Shown piece by piece: positions 27,327 to 36,122 of a stretch of DNA of 45,634 bases; the first letter of the stretch is position 1, and every line of letters begins with the position of its first letter. The DNA lies in sequence record DRR378314_15. One strand, given 5' to 3'. The notes beneath the pieces were generated by a model. The model ran no database searches. It saw only the letters and a list, made by a program, of their open reading frames with translations, and was not told the DNA's origin. The translations under genes were made by a program, and so were the position numbers.

Positions 27327-28487
27327 ATGAATAACACAAAAATCCGAATGGGAATGGTTGGTGGCGCTGAAGGCGCATTTATTGGTGGCATTCATCGTAT
27401 TGCAGCTAGACTCGATGGAATGATCAGTCTTGTCGCGGGCTCTTTTAGTTCTAACCCTGAACTGACAAAAAAAACAGCAGCCATGCTGGGGATCGATTCC
27501 AGCAGAAGCTATGACACTTATCAACAAATGTTTATTGAAGAAGCAAAACTACCTGTTGATGAACGCATTGATTTTGTGGTTATTGTAACCCCCAACCATC
27601 TTCATTTTCCTATCGCTAAATTAGCCATTGAAAGTGGTTTTCACGTTTTATCAGATAAGCCTGCCACATTAAATCTCCATGAAGCATTGAGCTTAAAACA
27701 AAGTTTAGATAACAGTGATTGTTTATATGGATTAACCCATACCTATACCGGTTACCCAATGATCAAAGAAGCGAAATACCGTATATCCCAAGGCGAGATA
27801 GGCACTATTCGTAAAGTCATTGTTGAATACTCGCAAGGTTGGCTTAGTCAAACTGAAGACGAACAGGTAAAACAAGCCCAATGGCGTTTAGACCCACAAC
27901 AAGCAGGAATAAGTTGTTGTATTGCTGATATTGGCGTTCATGCAGCTAATTTAGCAGAATATGTTAGCGGCCTCGAAATTAACGCACTTTGTGCTGATCT
28001 GAATCAGGTTGTGCCAGGGCGAACACTGGATGATGATGGCACTGTTTTGCTGCGCTTTAATAACGATAGTAAAGGCGTGTTACTTGCGAGCCAAGTAGCG
28101 CTTGGTGAAGAAAATAATTTATCTCTTCGCATATACGGTGATAAAGCAAGTTTAGAATGGAACCAAATAGAGCCAAACAGCTTATGGCTGAAAAGTCATA
28201 ACGCACCAACAACATTATTACGTGCAGGGGTTGCGCTTAAAAGTGAAGCAGCACAAAACGCACTGCGTGCACCTGCAGGCCACCCAGAAGGTTACCTCGA
28301 AGCTTTTGCCAATATATACGTCAACTTTGCAAATCAAATAAACGCCAAAAAAGCTGGGAAATCAGCAACTAATGTTGAGTTCGATGTACCAGGTATAAAA
28401 GATGCGATTAGAGGCATGGCATTTATTGAAAATGCAGTAGCAGCTTCTAAAGAAGAGACTAAATGGCACACATTTAAAATTGGATAG
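27327..28487 (+). CDS. Gfo/Idh/MocA-family NAD(P)-dependent oxidoreductase
   Basis: RMGMVGGAEGAFIGGIHRIAA, IVTPNHLH, DKP, YTGYPM, WRLDP, DIGVHA, PAGHPEGYLEAFANIY; no signal peptide. Confidence 0.9.
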   Translation: MNNTKIRMGMVGGAEGAFIGGIHRIAARLDGMISLVAGSFSSNPELTKKTAAMLGIDSSRSYDTYQQMFIEEAKLPVDERIDFVVIVTPNHLHFPIAKLAIESGFHVLSDKPATLNLHEALSLKQSLDNSDCLYGLTHTYTGYPMIKEAKYRISQGEIGTIRKVIVEYSQGWLSQTEDEQVKQAQWRLDPQQAGISCCIADIGVHAANLAEYVSGLEINALCADLNQVVPGRTLDDDGTVLLRFNNDSKGVLLASQVALGEENNLSLRIYGDKASLEWNQIEPNSLWLKSHNAPTTLLRAGVALKSEAAQNALRAPAGHPEGYLEAFANIYVNFANQINAKKAGKSATNVEFDVPGIKDAIRGMAFIENAVAASKEETKWHTFKIG

Positions 28488-28494
28488 AGATAGT

Positions 28495-29550
28495 ATGAAA
28501 AAAATAAAAGGCCCAGCAATATTTTTAGCGCAATTCATAAGCAATGAAGCGCCATTTAATAATTTTAAAGATATTTGCCAATGGGCGGGAGAGCTTGGAT
28601 ATAAAGCAATTCAACTGCCAACATCAAATACTGAGATATTCGATTTAGAAAAAGCAGCCCAAAGCCAAGAATACTGCGATGAAGTGACTAGCATTGCTAA
28701 ACAAGCAGGGCTTACAATCAGCGAGTTATCAACCCATTTACAGGGACAGTTAGTTGCTGTGCACCCTGCTTATGATGAAATGTTTGATAATTTTGCACCA
28801 GAGCAGTTGCGTGGTAACCCAGAAAAGAGAACTGAATGGGCGATTAAACAATTAATGTTTGCTGCCAAAGCAAGTAAAAATTTAGGACTTAAAAACCACG
28901 TAACATTTTCGGGTGCGCTACTTTGGCATACTTTCTATCCTTGGCCGCAACGACCGCAAGGCCTAGTTGAAGAAGGCTTTAACGAACTTGCTAAACGCTG
29001 GCTACCGATACTTGATTACTTTGACGAAATGGGCGTAGATGTTTGCTACGAGTTACACCCAGGTGAAGACTTACATGATGGCATTACATTTGAGCGCTTT
29101 TTAGCTGCAACAGGCAATCATCCAAGAGTAAATATTCTCTATGATCCGAGCCACCTAGTATTGCAACAGCTGGATTACCTTGCATTTATAGATATTTATC
29201 ATGAGCGGATCAAAGCTTTTCACGTGAAAGATGCAGAGTTTAATCAAAATGGCCGCAGTGGTGTTTATGGGGGCTACCAAGATTGGCAAGAGCGACCAGG
29301 GAGATTTCGCTCGCTCGGTGATGGTCAAATAGATTTTAAATCAATATTCAGCAAATTAACGCAGTATGGGTTTGATGGCTGGGCTGTTTTGGAATGGGAG
29401 TGTTGTATTAAAGATTCTGAACAAGGGGCTAAAGAAGGCGCACCGTTTATTGAACAACATTTAATAACGCCTGCAACCAAAGCGTTTGATGATTTTAGTG
29501 CAATGAATACCAATCCCCACCGTAATAAACGGATATTGGGTATTAACTAA
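28495..29550 (+). CDS. Xylose-isomerase-like TIM-barrel (sugar phosphate isomerase/epimerase family), cytoplasmic; candidate 3-keto-glycal hydratase
   Basis: KGPAIFLAQF, HLQGQL, YELHPGEDLHDG, YDPSH, FHVKDAE, RFRSLGDG, LEWEC metal-binding pattern. Confidence 0.85.
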   Translation: MKKIKGPAIFLAQFISNEAPFNNFKDICQWAGELGYKAIQLPTSNTEIFDLEKAAQSQEYCDEVTSIAKQAGLTISELSTHLQGQLVAVHPAYDEMFDNFAPEQLRGNPEKRTEWAIKQLMFAAKASKNLGLKNHVTFSGALLWHTFYPWPQRPQGLVEEGFNELAKRWLPILDYFDEMGVDVCYELHPGEDLHDGITFERFLAATGNHPRVNILYDPSHLVLQQLDYLAFIDIYHERIKAFHVKDAEFNQNGRSGVYGGYQDWQERPGRFRSLGDGQIDFKSIFSKLTQYGFDGWAVLEWECCIKDSEQGAKEGAPFIEQHLITPATKAFDDFSAMNTNPHRNKRILGIN

Positions 29551-29563
29551 ATAGGACAACACA

Positions 29564-30781
29564 ATGAATAACAATAATAATCACAGCCTCATTTTTCGCT
29601 TATGCTGTATCGCATTAATTGTCACCTCAATGACGTTTGCGATTCGTGCTGGTATTTTAGGGCAACTTGGCGAGCAGTTTGGCTTAACGAATACACAACT
29701 CGGTTGGGTCAATGCAATGGCCTTTTTGGGTTTTCCGATAGCGACTATGCTCGGTGGTATCATCTATAACGCAATCGGGGCTAAAAAATTAGTAGCACTG
29801 GCGTTTGCTTGTCATTTACTCGGCTTGTTACTAACAATATCCGCAGATGGTTTTTGGGCCTTACTTATCTCAACTTTTTTAATTGGTTTTGCAAATGGCT
29901 CTGTTGAAGCCGGCTGTAATCCGCTTATTGCGCAAATGTATCCAAATAACAAAACAACGATGTTGAACCGATTCCATGTTTGGTTTCCCGGCGGTATAGT
30001 TATAGGCGCATTAGCTTCAAGTGCAATGACAGCATCAGGCTTTAACTGGCAATGGCAAGTCGCTTTGATATTAATTCCTACCGCTATTTATGGCGCGATG
30101 ATGCTTACAGCGCAATTTCCTAAATTTGATGCACAGCAAAACTCCACCAGCAGTAATGTGAGAAACCTCGTTTCACCTTTGTATATATTTTTAATCATTT
30201 GTATGACGATAACTGCGGTAACAGAGTTTGGCACTCAGCAATGGATTGAACAAATATTAGGGTCTTCAGGCGCATCCCCAATGGTCATTTTAGCGCTTAT
30301 TACTGGCCTTATGGCACTGGGTCGTTATTTTGCAGGTCCAATTGTTCATCGCTTTAGTCCATCTGGCGTGCTTCTAGGCTCAGCGGTATTTTCAACAATC
30401 GGCATTTTTTTAATGAGCCAAGCTCAAGGAAGTGCAATTTATTTTGCCGCAGCGCTATTCGCCATTGGTGTCACGTATTTTTGGCCGACCATGATTGGCT
30501 GTGTTGCCGAATATACTCCAAAAACTGGCGCATTAGGGATGTCATTAATTGGTGGGGCTGGCATGTTTGCAATGAGTCTGTGGAATCCAGTGATAGGTTA
30601 TTGGATAGATGACGCCAAACAACATGCACAAGCGAGCAATATCTCAGTAGAACAAATTGAAATCGTTGCTGGGCAAGCTGTTTTAGAGAACCTATTAATC
30701 TTTCCAATTGTACTGATTGTTGTATTTTTTGGTTTTCACCTGTTTATAACAAAACAAAAAAATGTAAAAAAATGCGTTTAA
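29564..30781 (+). CDS. MFS transporter
   Basis: About 12 hydrophobic segments; SMTFAIRA, GSVEAGCNPLIA, LNRFHVWFPGGIVIG, YFWPTM. Confidence 0.9.
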   Translation: MNNNNNHSLIFRLCCIALIVTSMTFAIRAGILGQLGEQFGLTNTQLGWVNAMAFLGFPIATMLGGIIYNAIGAKKLVALAFACHLLGLLLTISADGFWALLISTFLIGFANGSVEAGCNPLIAQMYPNNKTTMLNRFHVWFPGGIVIGALASSAMTASGFNWQWQVALILIPTAIYGAMMLTAQFPKFDAQQNSTSSNVRNLVSPLYIFLIICMTITAVTEFGTQQWIEQILGSSGASPMVILALITGLMALGRYFAGPIVHRFSPSGVLLGSAVFSTIGIFLMSQAQGSAIYFAAALFAIGVTYFWPTMIGCVAEYTPKTGALGMSLIGGAGMFAMSLWNPVIGYWIDDAKQHAQASNISVEQIEIVAGQAVLENLLIFPIVLIVVFFGFHLFITKQKNVKKCV

Positions 30782-30816
30782 TAGCAATAAATAGCACACA
30801 ATATAAGGGGCAACAT

Positions 30817-31509
30817 ATGCTTAAATCAATTTCGATTATGTCACTTGCACTGCTTTTCAGTAGCACTGTAATTGCACAGACTCAAGATAATAAATTAACA
30901 AAAGAAGAACGCGCCACAGGCTGGCAATTACTATTCAATGGCAAAGATATGTCTCATTGGCGTAACTTTAAAAGTGACGAACTTAGCTCAAAATGGAAAA
31001 TAGATGATGGCGCAATGCTGCTTACTAAAGGTGGTGGTGACATTTTAACAAAAAAAATCTATAAGAATTTTGACCTAAAACTTGATTGGAAAATTAGTGA
31101 AGTGGGTAATAGCGGCATATTTGTTCTTGCTGATGAGCTAGGTAGTTATATTTACTCTCACGCCCCAGAAATTCAAATTATTGATAATGAACGCCATGCG
31201 GATACCGAAATAGATTCGCATTTAGCGGGGTCAATTTATGATTTACTTTCAGCACCGACTGCTGCACATAAACCAGCAATGCAATGGAATACTGTACGAA
31301 TAAAAATGCTCGATAATCATCTGCAAGTTTGGCAGAACGGCGTGAGTACCGTCAGTATGGTTATAGGCAGCAGCCCTTGGAACACATTAGTAAAAAACAG
31401 TAAATTTGCTACATGGTCTAACTTTGCAACCTCAAAACAAGGCCATATAGGCCTGCAAGATCATGGTGACAAAGTCTGGTTCAAAAATATAAAAATTAAG
31501 GAGCTATAA
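30817..31509 (+). CDS. DUF1080 protein (3-keto-glycoside hydrolase/lyase family), Sec-exported
   Basis: Signal peptide from ATG 30817; GWQLLFNGKD, NSGIF, PEIQIID, GSIYD, WN, GHIGLQDHG-VWFKNIKIKEL. Confidence 0.9.
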   Translation: MLKSISIMSLALLFSSTVIAQTQDNKLTKEERATGWQLLFNGKDMSHWRNFKSDELSSKWKIDDGAMLLTKGGGDILTKKIYKNFDLKLDWKISEVGNSGIFVLADELGSYIYSHAPEIQIIDNERHADTEIDSHLAGSIYDLLSAPTAAHKPAMQWNTVRIKMLDNHLQVWQNGVSTVSMVIGSSPWNTLVKNSKFATWSNFATSKQGHIGLQDHGDKVWFKNIKIKEL

Positions 31510-31511
31510 CG

Positions 31512-33191
31512 ATGAAAAAATTCAATCATAAAGTACTCGTTGTTGGCTCAGGTGCCGGCGGTGCAATGGCCGCGTATACATTAACTAAGTTAGGCCACAA
31601 AGTATTGTTACTTGAAGCAGGTCGTGATTACGACCCAAAAACGGAAAGCCCGATGTTTCGTCGTAACAGTGAAGCCCCGTTAATGGGCGCTGGTAATAAA
31701 GATAAAAACTTTGGCTTTTATGACGCAACCGTTGATGGCGGCTGGCAAGTACCTGATGAACCCTATACAAATGCCAAAGGGACTGACTTTTATTGGTGGC
31801 GCGCACGCATGCTTGGTGGCCGAACAAACCACTGGGGCCGTTATTCGTTGCGTTTTAGTGAGCACGATTTTAAAGGAAAAAGCCAAGACGGAAACGGTGC
31901 AGATTGGCCGTTTAGCTACGAAGATATAGCACCATGGTATGACAAAACTGAAGAGTTAGTGGGTATTTGTGGTACAAACACAGGTCTTGATGATATGCCG
32001 CCATCAGCACCAGGTGTATTGCAGCCACCACCAACCCCCAGAATTCCTGAGTTATTGATTGCAGCATCAGCGAAAAAGCTTGGGATCCCAGCAGTCCCCA
32101 TGCATAGAGCAGTATTAACGCGTCCTAAAGATGACCGATTGGCGTGTTTTTATGCAACACCTTGTGGCTCTGGGTGTTCTATTGGCGCTGCATTTCAAAC
32201 AACCACGTCTCTACTACCAATGGCTAAAGCAACTGGTAACTTAGAAATTATAACGGATGCTATGGTTAAGTCTGTTGCAGTGAATGATGATGGTAAAGTG
32301 ACTGGTGTAACTTATGTTGATAAAAAGTCAGTGACTGAACAATCACTAAATGCTGATATTGTTATACTTGCTGCAAGTGCCTGCGAATCAGCGCGTATTC
32401 TACTGAACTCAAAACACAAAAAGCACCCTAAAGGTCTTGCTAACTCGAGTGGTCAAATCGGTAAAAACTTGATGGACTCAACGGGTGCGTGGTTAGGTGC
32501 TCAAATCCCAGCTTTAAAAGGTCGACCTCGTTATAATGAAGACGGCCATACAGGAAACCATTTATTTATTCCTTGGTGGGGCCATAAAGCTCAAGCAAAA
32601 GGTGAACTTGATTTTCCTAGAGGATATCACTTTGAAATAAGCAGTGGTTTCAACCAGCCAGGTTCAGGTGTTTCAGGCGATAAACGGGGTCTTGGTGTAG
32701 AGCTTAAACAGCAAGTACGTGATGCTTATGGTTCATATGTAGGACTAGCACTGCGCGGTGAAATGCTACCAAACGATGACTCTTACATGGAAATTGATGA
32801 AAATACTAAAGATAAATGGGGTATTCCAGTTTCTAAATTTCATTTTAAATGGTCTGATAGAGAGCTCAAACAGATTGAGCATGGTTTAAAAACAGCAAAG
32901 CAAATCCTTGAAAACATGGGTGCTAAGGTTGGTAAATTACCCCCTGCTGAAAAAGCAATTTCAAAAGGAGGTGAAATAATTCACGAAGTTGGCACAACCC
33001 GTATGGGCAGCTCACCTAAAGAGTCGGTCACTAATCAATGGGGTCAAACTTGGGATTGTGAAAATTTATTTGTAATGGACGCAGGAACTTTTGCTTCTAA
33101 CCCACACAAAAACTGTACGCTAACAATTATGACTTTAGCCATGCGCAACTCAACTTGGATCTCCAAACAAATAGAGCAAGGAGTACTTTGA
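31512..33191 (+). CDS. GMC-family flavoprotein oxidoreductase (glucoside 3-dehydrogenase-like catalytic subunit)
   Basis: VVGSGAGG, LLEAG, RMLGGRTNHWGR, Cys cluster CFYATPCGSGC, IHEVGTTRMG, NCTLTIMTLA. Confidence 0.88.
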   Translation: MKKFNHKVLVVGSGAGGAMAAYTLTKLGHKVLLLEAGRDYDPKTESPMFRRNSEAPLMGAGNKDKNFGFYDATVDGGWQVPDEPYTNAKGTDFYWWRARMLGGRTNHWGRYSLRFSEHDFKGKSQDGNGADWPFSYEDIAPWYDKTEELVGICGTNTGLDDMPPSAPGVLQPPPTPRIPELLIAASAKKLGIPAVPMHRAVLTRPKDDRLACFYATPCGSGCSIGAAFQTTTSLLPMAKATGNLEIITDAMVKSVAVNDDGKVTGVTYVDKKSVTEQSLNADIVILAASACESARILLNSKHKKHPKGLANSSGQIGKNLMDSTGAWLGAQIPALKGRPRYNEDGHTGNHLFIPWWGHKAQAKGELDFPRGYHFEISSGFNQPGSGVSGDKRGLGVELKQQVRDAYGSYVGLALRGEMLPNDDSYMEIDENTKDKWGIPVSKFHFKWSDRELKQIEHGLKTAKQILENMGAKVGKLPPAEKAISKGGEIIHEVGTTRMGSSPKESVTNQWGQTWDCENLFVMDAGTFASNPHKNCTLTIMTLAMRNSTWISKQIEQGVL

Positions 33192-33192
33192 T

Positions 33193-33942
33193 ATGCATAA
33201 TGATGATCGTGTTGACTCTTACAAATATATTTCCGGAATGACACGCCGAGAATCCCTTAAATGGCTTGGATTACTAGCTGCGGGCTCAGCAGTGTCGCTC
33301 TCAGCTGGTTGCAGTAAAGCGCTTGAAGAAACGATTAGTACAAAAGGCCATTGGCCTACTCTAGATATAAAGCCCATCACTGCGAAAGGCTATGGCACTG
33401 ATCCTAATTTAGTTATACCACCTGAATCACCTTGGCCGCTTACATTAACGCAAGAACAACTATCGCTAGTGGCTGTTTTAGCGAATTATATTGTACCTAG
33501 AGAAGGTGATAACCCAAGTGCAACCGAGGTAAATGTTCCTAGTGTTATCGATGAGTGGGTCAGCTCACCCTATAACGGCCAACAAAAAGATCGCGTTACT
33601 ATTTTACATGGCCTCGCTTGGATTGATGATGAATCTGTTATGCGATTTAAAACAAAGTTTGTTGCGCTAAACCGTGAAAAACAAACAGCAATATTGAATG
33701 ATATTGCGTATTTCGATGACACTACGCCAGAGCAGTTTCAGCGAATTGGCAATGCTTTTTTACGTTTAAAGAATCTGGTTCTTGGTGCCTATTTTTGCTC
33801 ACCACAAGGATGTAAAGACATTGGCTATCTTGGTAATGTACCTATTGCAGGTGATTACCCAGGTCCTTCAGCTGAAGCAAAGCAACACTTAGATAGCGTG
33901 TTAAATGAACTTGGTCTAAGCCAATATGCTTATACTGACTAA
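33193..33942 (+). CDS. Gluconate 2-dehydrogenase subunit 3-family Tat (lipo)protein, small subunit of the GMC dehydrogenase
   Basis: MTRRESLK twin-arginine motif followed by SAGC; IVP...PSA, IDEWV, AYFCSPQG...IGYLGN. Confidence 0.85.
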   Translation: MHNDDRVDSYKYISGMTRRESLKWLGLLAAGSAVSLSAGCSKALEETISTKGHWPTLDIKPITAKGYGTDPNLVIPPESPWPLTLTQEQLSLVAVLANYIVPREGDNPSATEVNVPSVIDEWVSSPYNGQQKDRVTILHGLAWIDDESVMRFKTKFVALNREKQTAILNDIAYFDDTTPEQFQRIGNAFLRLKNLVLGAYFCSPQGCKDIGYLGNVPIAGDYPGPSAEAKQHLDSVLNELGLSQYAYTD

Positions 33943-33979
33943 TTTGTAATCTGAATCCTCTTTTTTCTTAGCCCAGTCC

Positions 33980-34002
33980 AAGCAGGGATTTATTCCCTGC
34001 TT
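33980..34002. terminator. Intra-operon hairpin
   Basis: AAGCAGGGA-TTTAT-TCCCTGCTT. Confidence 0.55.
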
Positions 34003-34020
34003 ATATTTAGGTGTAATTTT

Positions 34021-34893
34021 ATGTTGAAATCCTCTCATTCCTTCTTAATTAATTCTATTGCGTGCAGTTTGCTCCTGCTTATGATGCTCCCTTTCACAAG
34101 TAACGCAAGTACATTCGAGTCAGCTAAGGTAAGCGTGCAATTGTGGTCAGTTAAGGATGATTTAAAAGCTGATTTTAATGCAACCGTCACAGCACTTGCG
34201 GATATGGGCTTTGAAGGACTTGAGTTTGCTGGTAACTTTGGACCCTATGCAGATAACCCAGGAGCATTAAAAAACAAACTAAATGATCTAAACTTAGTTG
34301 CCAGTAGTGCACATATAGGTTTTGATAAACTTTCAAACACCCAATTAATGGAGACTTTATTATTTTATAAGACACTTGGCGTGACTAATTTGTTCGTGCC
34401 GTGGGATGAGCGAGCATGGGATCCTAAAGGTATAATGCCATTAGCAAAACAACTAAAAGAACTTAATGAGATTGCACAAAAATATGATATGTATATTGGT
34501 TTTCATAATCACAACAAAGAGTTTGAACAATTTAATAATGAAACTTATTGGGATGCATTAGCCAGCAATACACCTAATGAATTGCCACTGCAACTTGATA
34601 TAGGTTGGCTACATTATGCAGGTAAAGAACCTGTTTATTTTATAAAAAAATACGCGGGCAGAACCTATGCAGCTCATTTAAAAGTACGCACCCACAAAGA
34701 TGACGGCTTAAACCCTATATTTGGTGAAAACAACTATCCATGGAAAAAAATTATCAATTCTCTTATTACCGATGGAGGCACAAAATGGTTGGTAATAGAA
34801 CAAGAGGAGTTTCCTGCGGGTATGAGTCCATTGCAAAGCGTTGCTAAATCAAAAGCAAACTTAGATAAAATCTTAAAAGCCATGCAAAACTAA
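34021..34893 (+). CDS. Exported xylose-isomerase-like TIM-barrel protein; candidate 3-ketoglycoside lyase/hydratase
   Basis: Signal peptide (SNA); SVQLWSV, GLEFAG, FHNHNKEF, QLDIGW, HLK, VIEQE. Confidence 0.82.
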   Translation: MLKSSHSFLINSIACSLLLLMMLPFTSNASTFESAKVSVQLWSVKDDLKADFNATVTALADMGFEGLEFAGNFGPYADNPGALKNKLNDLNLVASSAHIGFDKLSNTQLMETLLFYKTLGVTNLFVPWDERAWDPKGIMPLAKQLKELNEIAQKYDMYIGFHNHNKEFEQFNNETYWDALASNTPNELPLQLDIGWLHYAGKEPVYFIKKYAGRTYAAHLKVRTHKDDGLNPIFGENNYPWKKIINSLITDGGTKWLVIEQEEFPAGMSPLQSVAKSKANLDKILKAMQN

Positions 34894-34904
34894 ACTGAAC
34901 TAAT

Positions 34905-34932
34905 GGAACTCGTTTAATGTAAAACGAGTTCC
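34905..34932. terminator. Hairpin between the convergent catabolic operon and rnd
   Basis: GGAACTCGTTT-AATGTA-AAACGAGTTCC 11-bp stem. Confidence 0.7.
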
Positions 34933-34941
34933 TCAGTCTAT

Positions 34942-36072
34942 TTAAACATCCCATTCCTTGATGGCATCTTTAAGATACTCATAACGCCAAGAATTAAGTA
35001 AATCAGGCTTCAAATGGGTTTTACGTTGTTCAGGTGTGAGCTTCCAATTCCAACTAATTAATTGATTAATCTGCTTTTTAGATGCCATGACATCCTCAGG
35101 AATGCCCTGCTCTTTTGCAACTTTAGTAATTGTTTGTTTAATGTCTTTTGCCGCTTTTTTATACGTAGGAAAGTCGATTAATCTTTTTAATTGCTCAGGG
35201 TAATCAGACACAGGCACTACTTTCGCTTTTTCTATGCATTTTAAAACTTCTACACCTGAGCGATTAACCTCAATATTCTCTACTTCTGGGATATTGCGCA
35301 GAGCATTAAGGCTACTTGGCTTACGCTTAGCAATCTCAACAAGGTTATGTTCTTTTAGCACAAAATTTAGTGCAAGATTTTTGCGTATTGCTTTGTTCTT
35401 TCGCCACGCAGCAAGCTCTTTTAGAACAACTAGTTCAGAAGGCTTTAACTGCCATGCATTTTTAATATCTTTATACAATAACTCATCTGGAGTTTGATAA
35501 GCACGCTTTTGAGCAACCAAGTTACTTTCATTTATCACTAACTCAAAATAATTTGCAGCATTAATTTGCTCAATGATAATGTCAAAACACGGTAATAAAT
35601 GAAACACATCAGCGGCTGCATAATCAAGCTGACTATTTGTTAGTGGGCGTTGCAACCAGTTAGTTCTTGATTCACTTTTATCAATGTCAATATTAAGTAA
35701 TGACTTAACCATATGGGCAAACCCCATACAATTTCCATGACCTAGTAATTGCAGTGCAAATTGAGTATCAAATAAAGGGGCTGGAACAAACCCAGCGTAT
35801 TTTTGAAATACTTCAATGTCTTCTGATGGTGAATGAAGTATTTTTAATACACTTTCATCACGCAAGATTTCCCAAAAATCAAATAATGATAACTCGGATA
35901 GAGGATCAATAAGCGCTAAATGCTCACCATCATAGACTTGAATAAGCGCTACTTCAGGGTACAAAGTACGTCTGCGCATAAACTCTGTGTCAATTGCCAG
36001 TAACGGTTTGTTGCGAATTTGCTCAACAAACGTGTTTAATTGAATTTGTGTTTGGATCAATTGGTATTGCAC
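34942..36072 (-). CDS. rnd: Ribonuclease D
   Basis: AIDTEFMRRRTLYP, FDTQ, SRTNWLQRPL, YAAADV, HRDC region; follows fadD. Confidence 0.95.
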   Translation of the reverse strand: MQYQLIQTQIQLNTFVEQIRNKPLLAIDTEFMRRRTLYPEVALIQVYDGEHLALIDPLSELSLFDFWEILRDESVLKILHSPSEDIEVFQKYAGFVPAPLFDTQFALQLLGHGNCMGFAHMVKSLLNIDIDKSESRTNWLQRPLTNSQLDYAAADVFHLLPCFDIIIEQINAANYFELVINESNLVAQKRAYQTPDELLYKDIKNAWQLKPSELVVLKELAAWRKNKAIRKNLALNFVLKEHNLVEIAKRKPSSLNALRNIPEVENIEVNRSGVEVLKCIEKAKVVPVSDYPEQLKRLIDFPTYKKAAKDIKQTITKVAKEQGIPEDVMASKKQINQLISWNWKLTPEQRKTHLKPDLLNSWRYEYLKDAIKEWDV

Positions 36073-36087
36073 TTGTGCTCCTACAAT

Positions 36088-36115
36088 AAAAAAACCGGCA
36101 GTTGCCGGTTTTTTT
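36088..36115. terminator. Rho-independent terminator after fadD
   Basis: A7-CCGGCA-GT-TGCCGG-T7. Confidence 0.8.
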
Positions 36116-36122
36116 ATAGTTG

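Noticed and set aside
27243-27527. 94-aa minus-strand ORF upstream of the AraC gene
   Set aside because: Overlaps the Gfo/Idh/MocA gene and its promoter on the opposite strand; no recognisable motifs
27327-29550. Calling the Gfo/Idh/MocA + TIM-barrel pair an inositol (iolG/iolE) pathway
   Set aside because: No iolB/C/D; linkage to DUF1080 and the GMC dehydrogenase fits the 3-ketoglycoside route better
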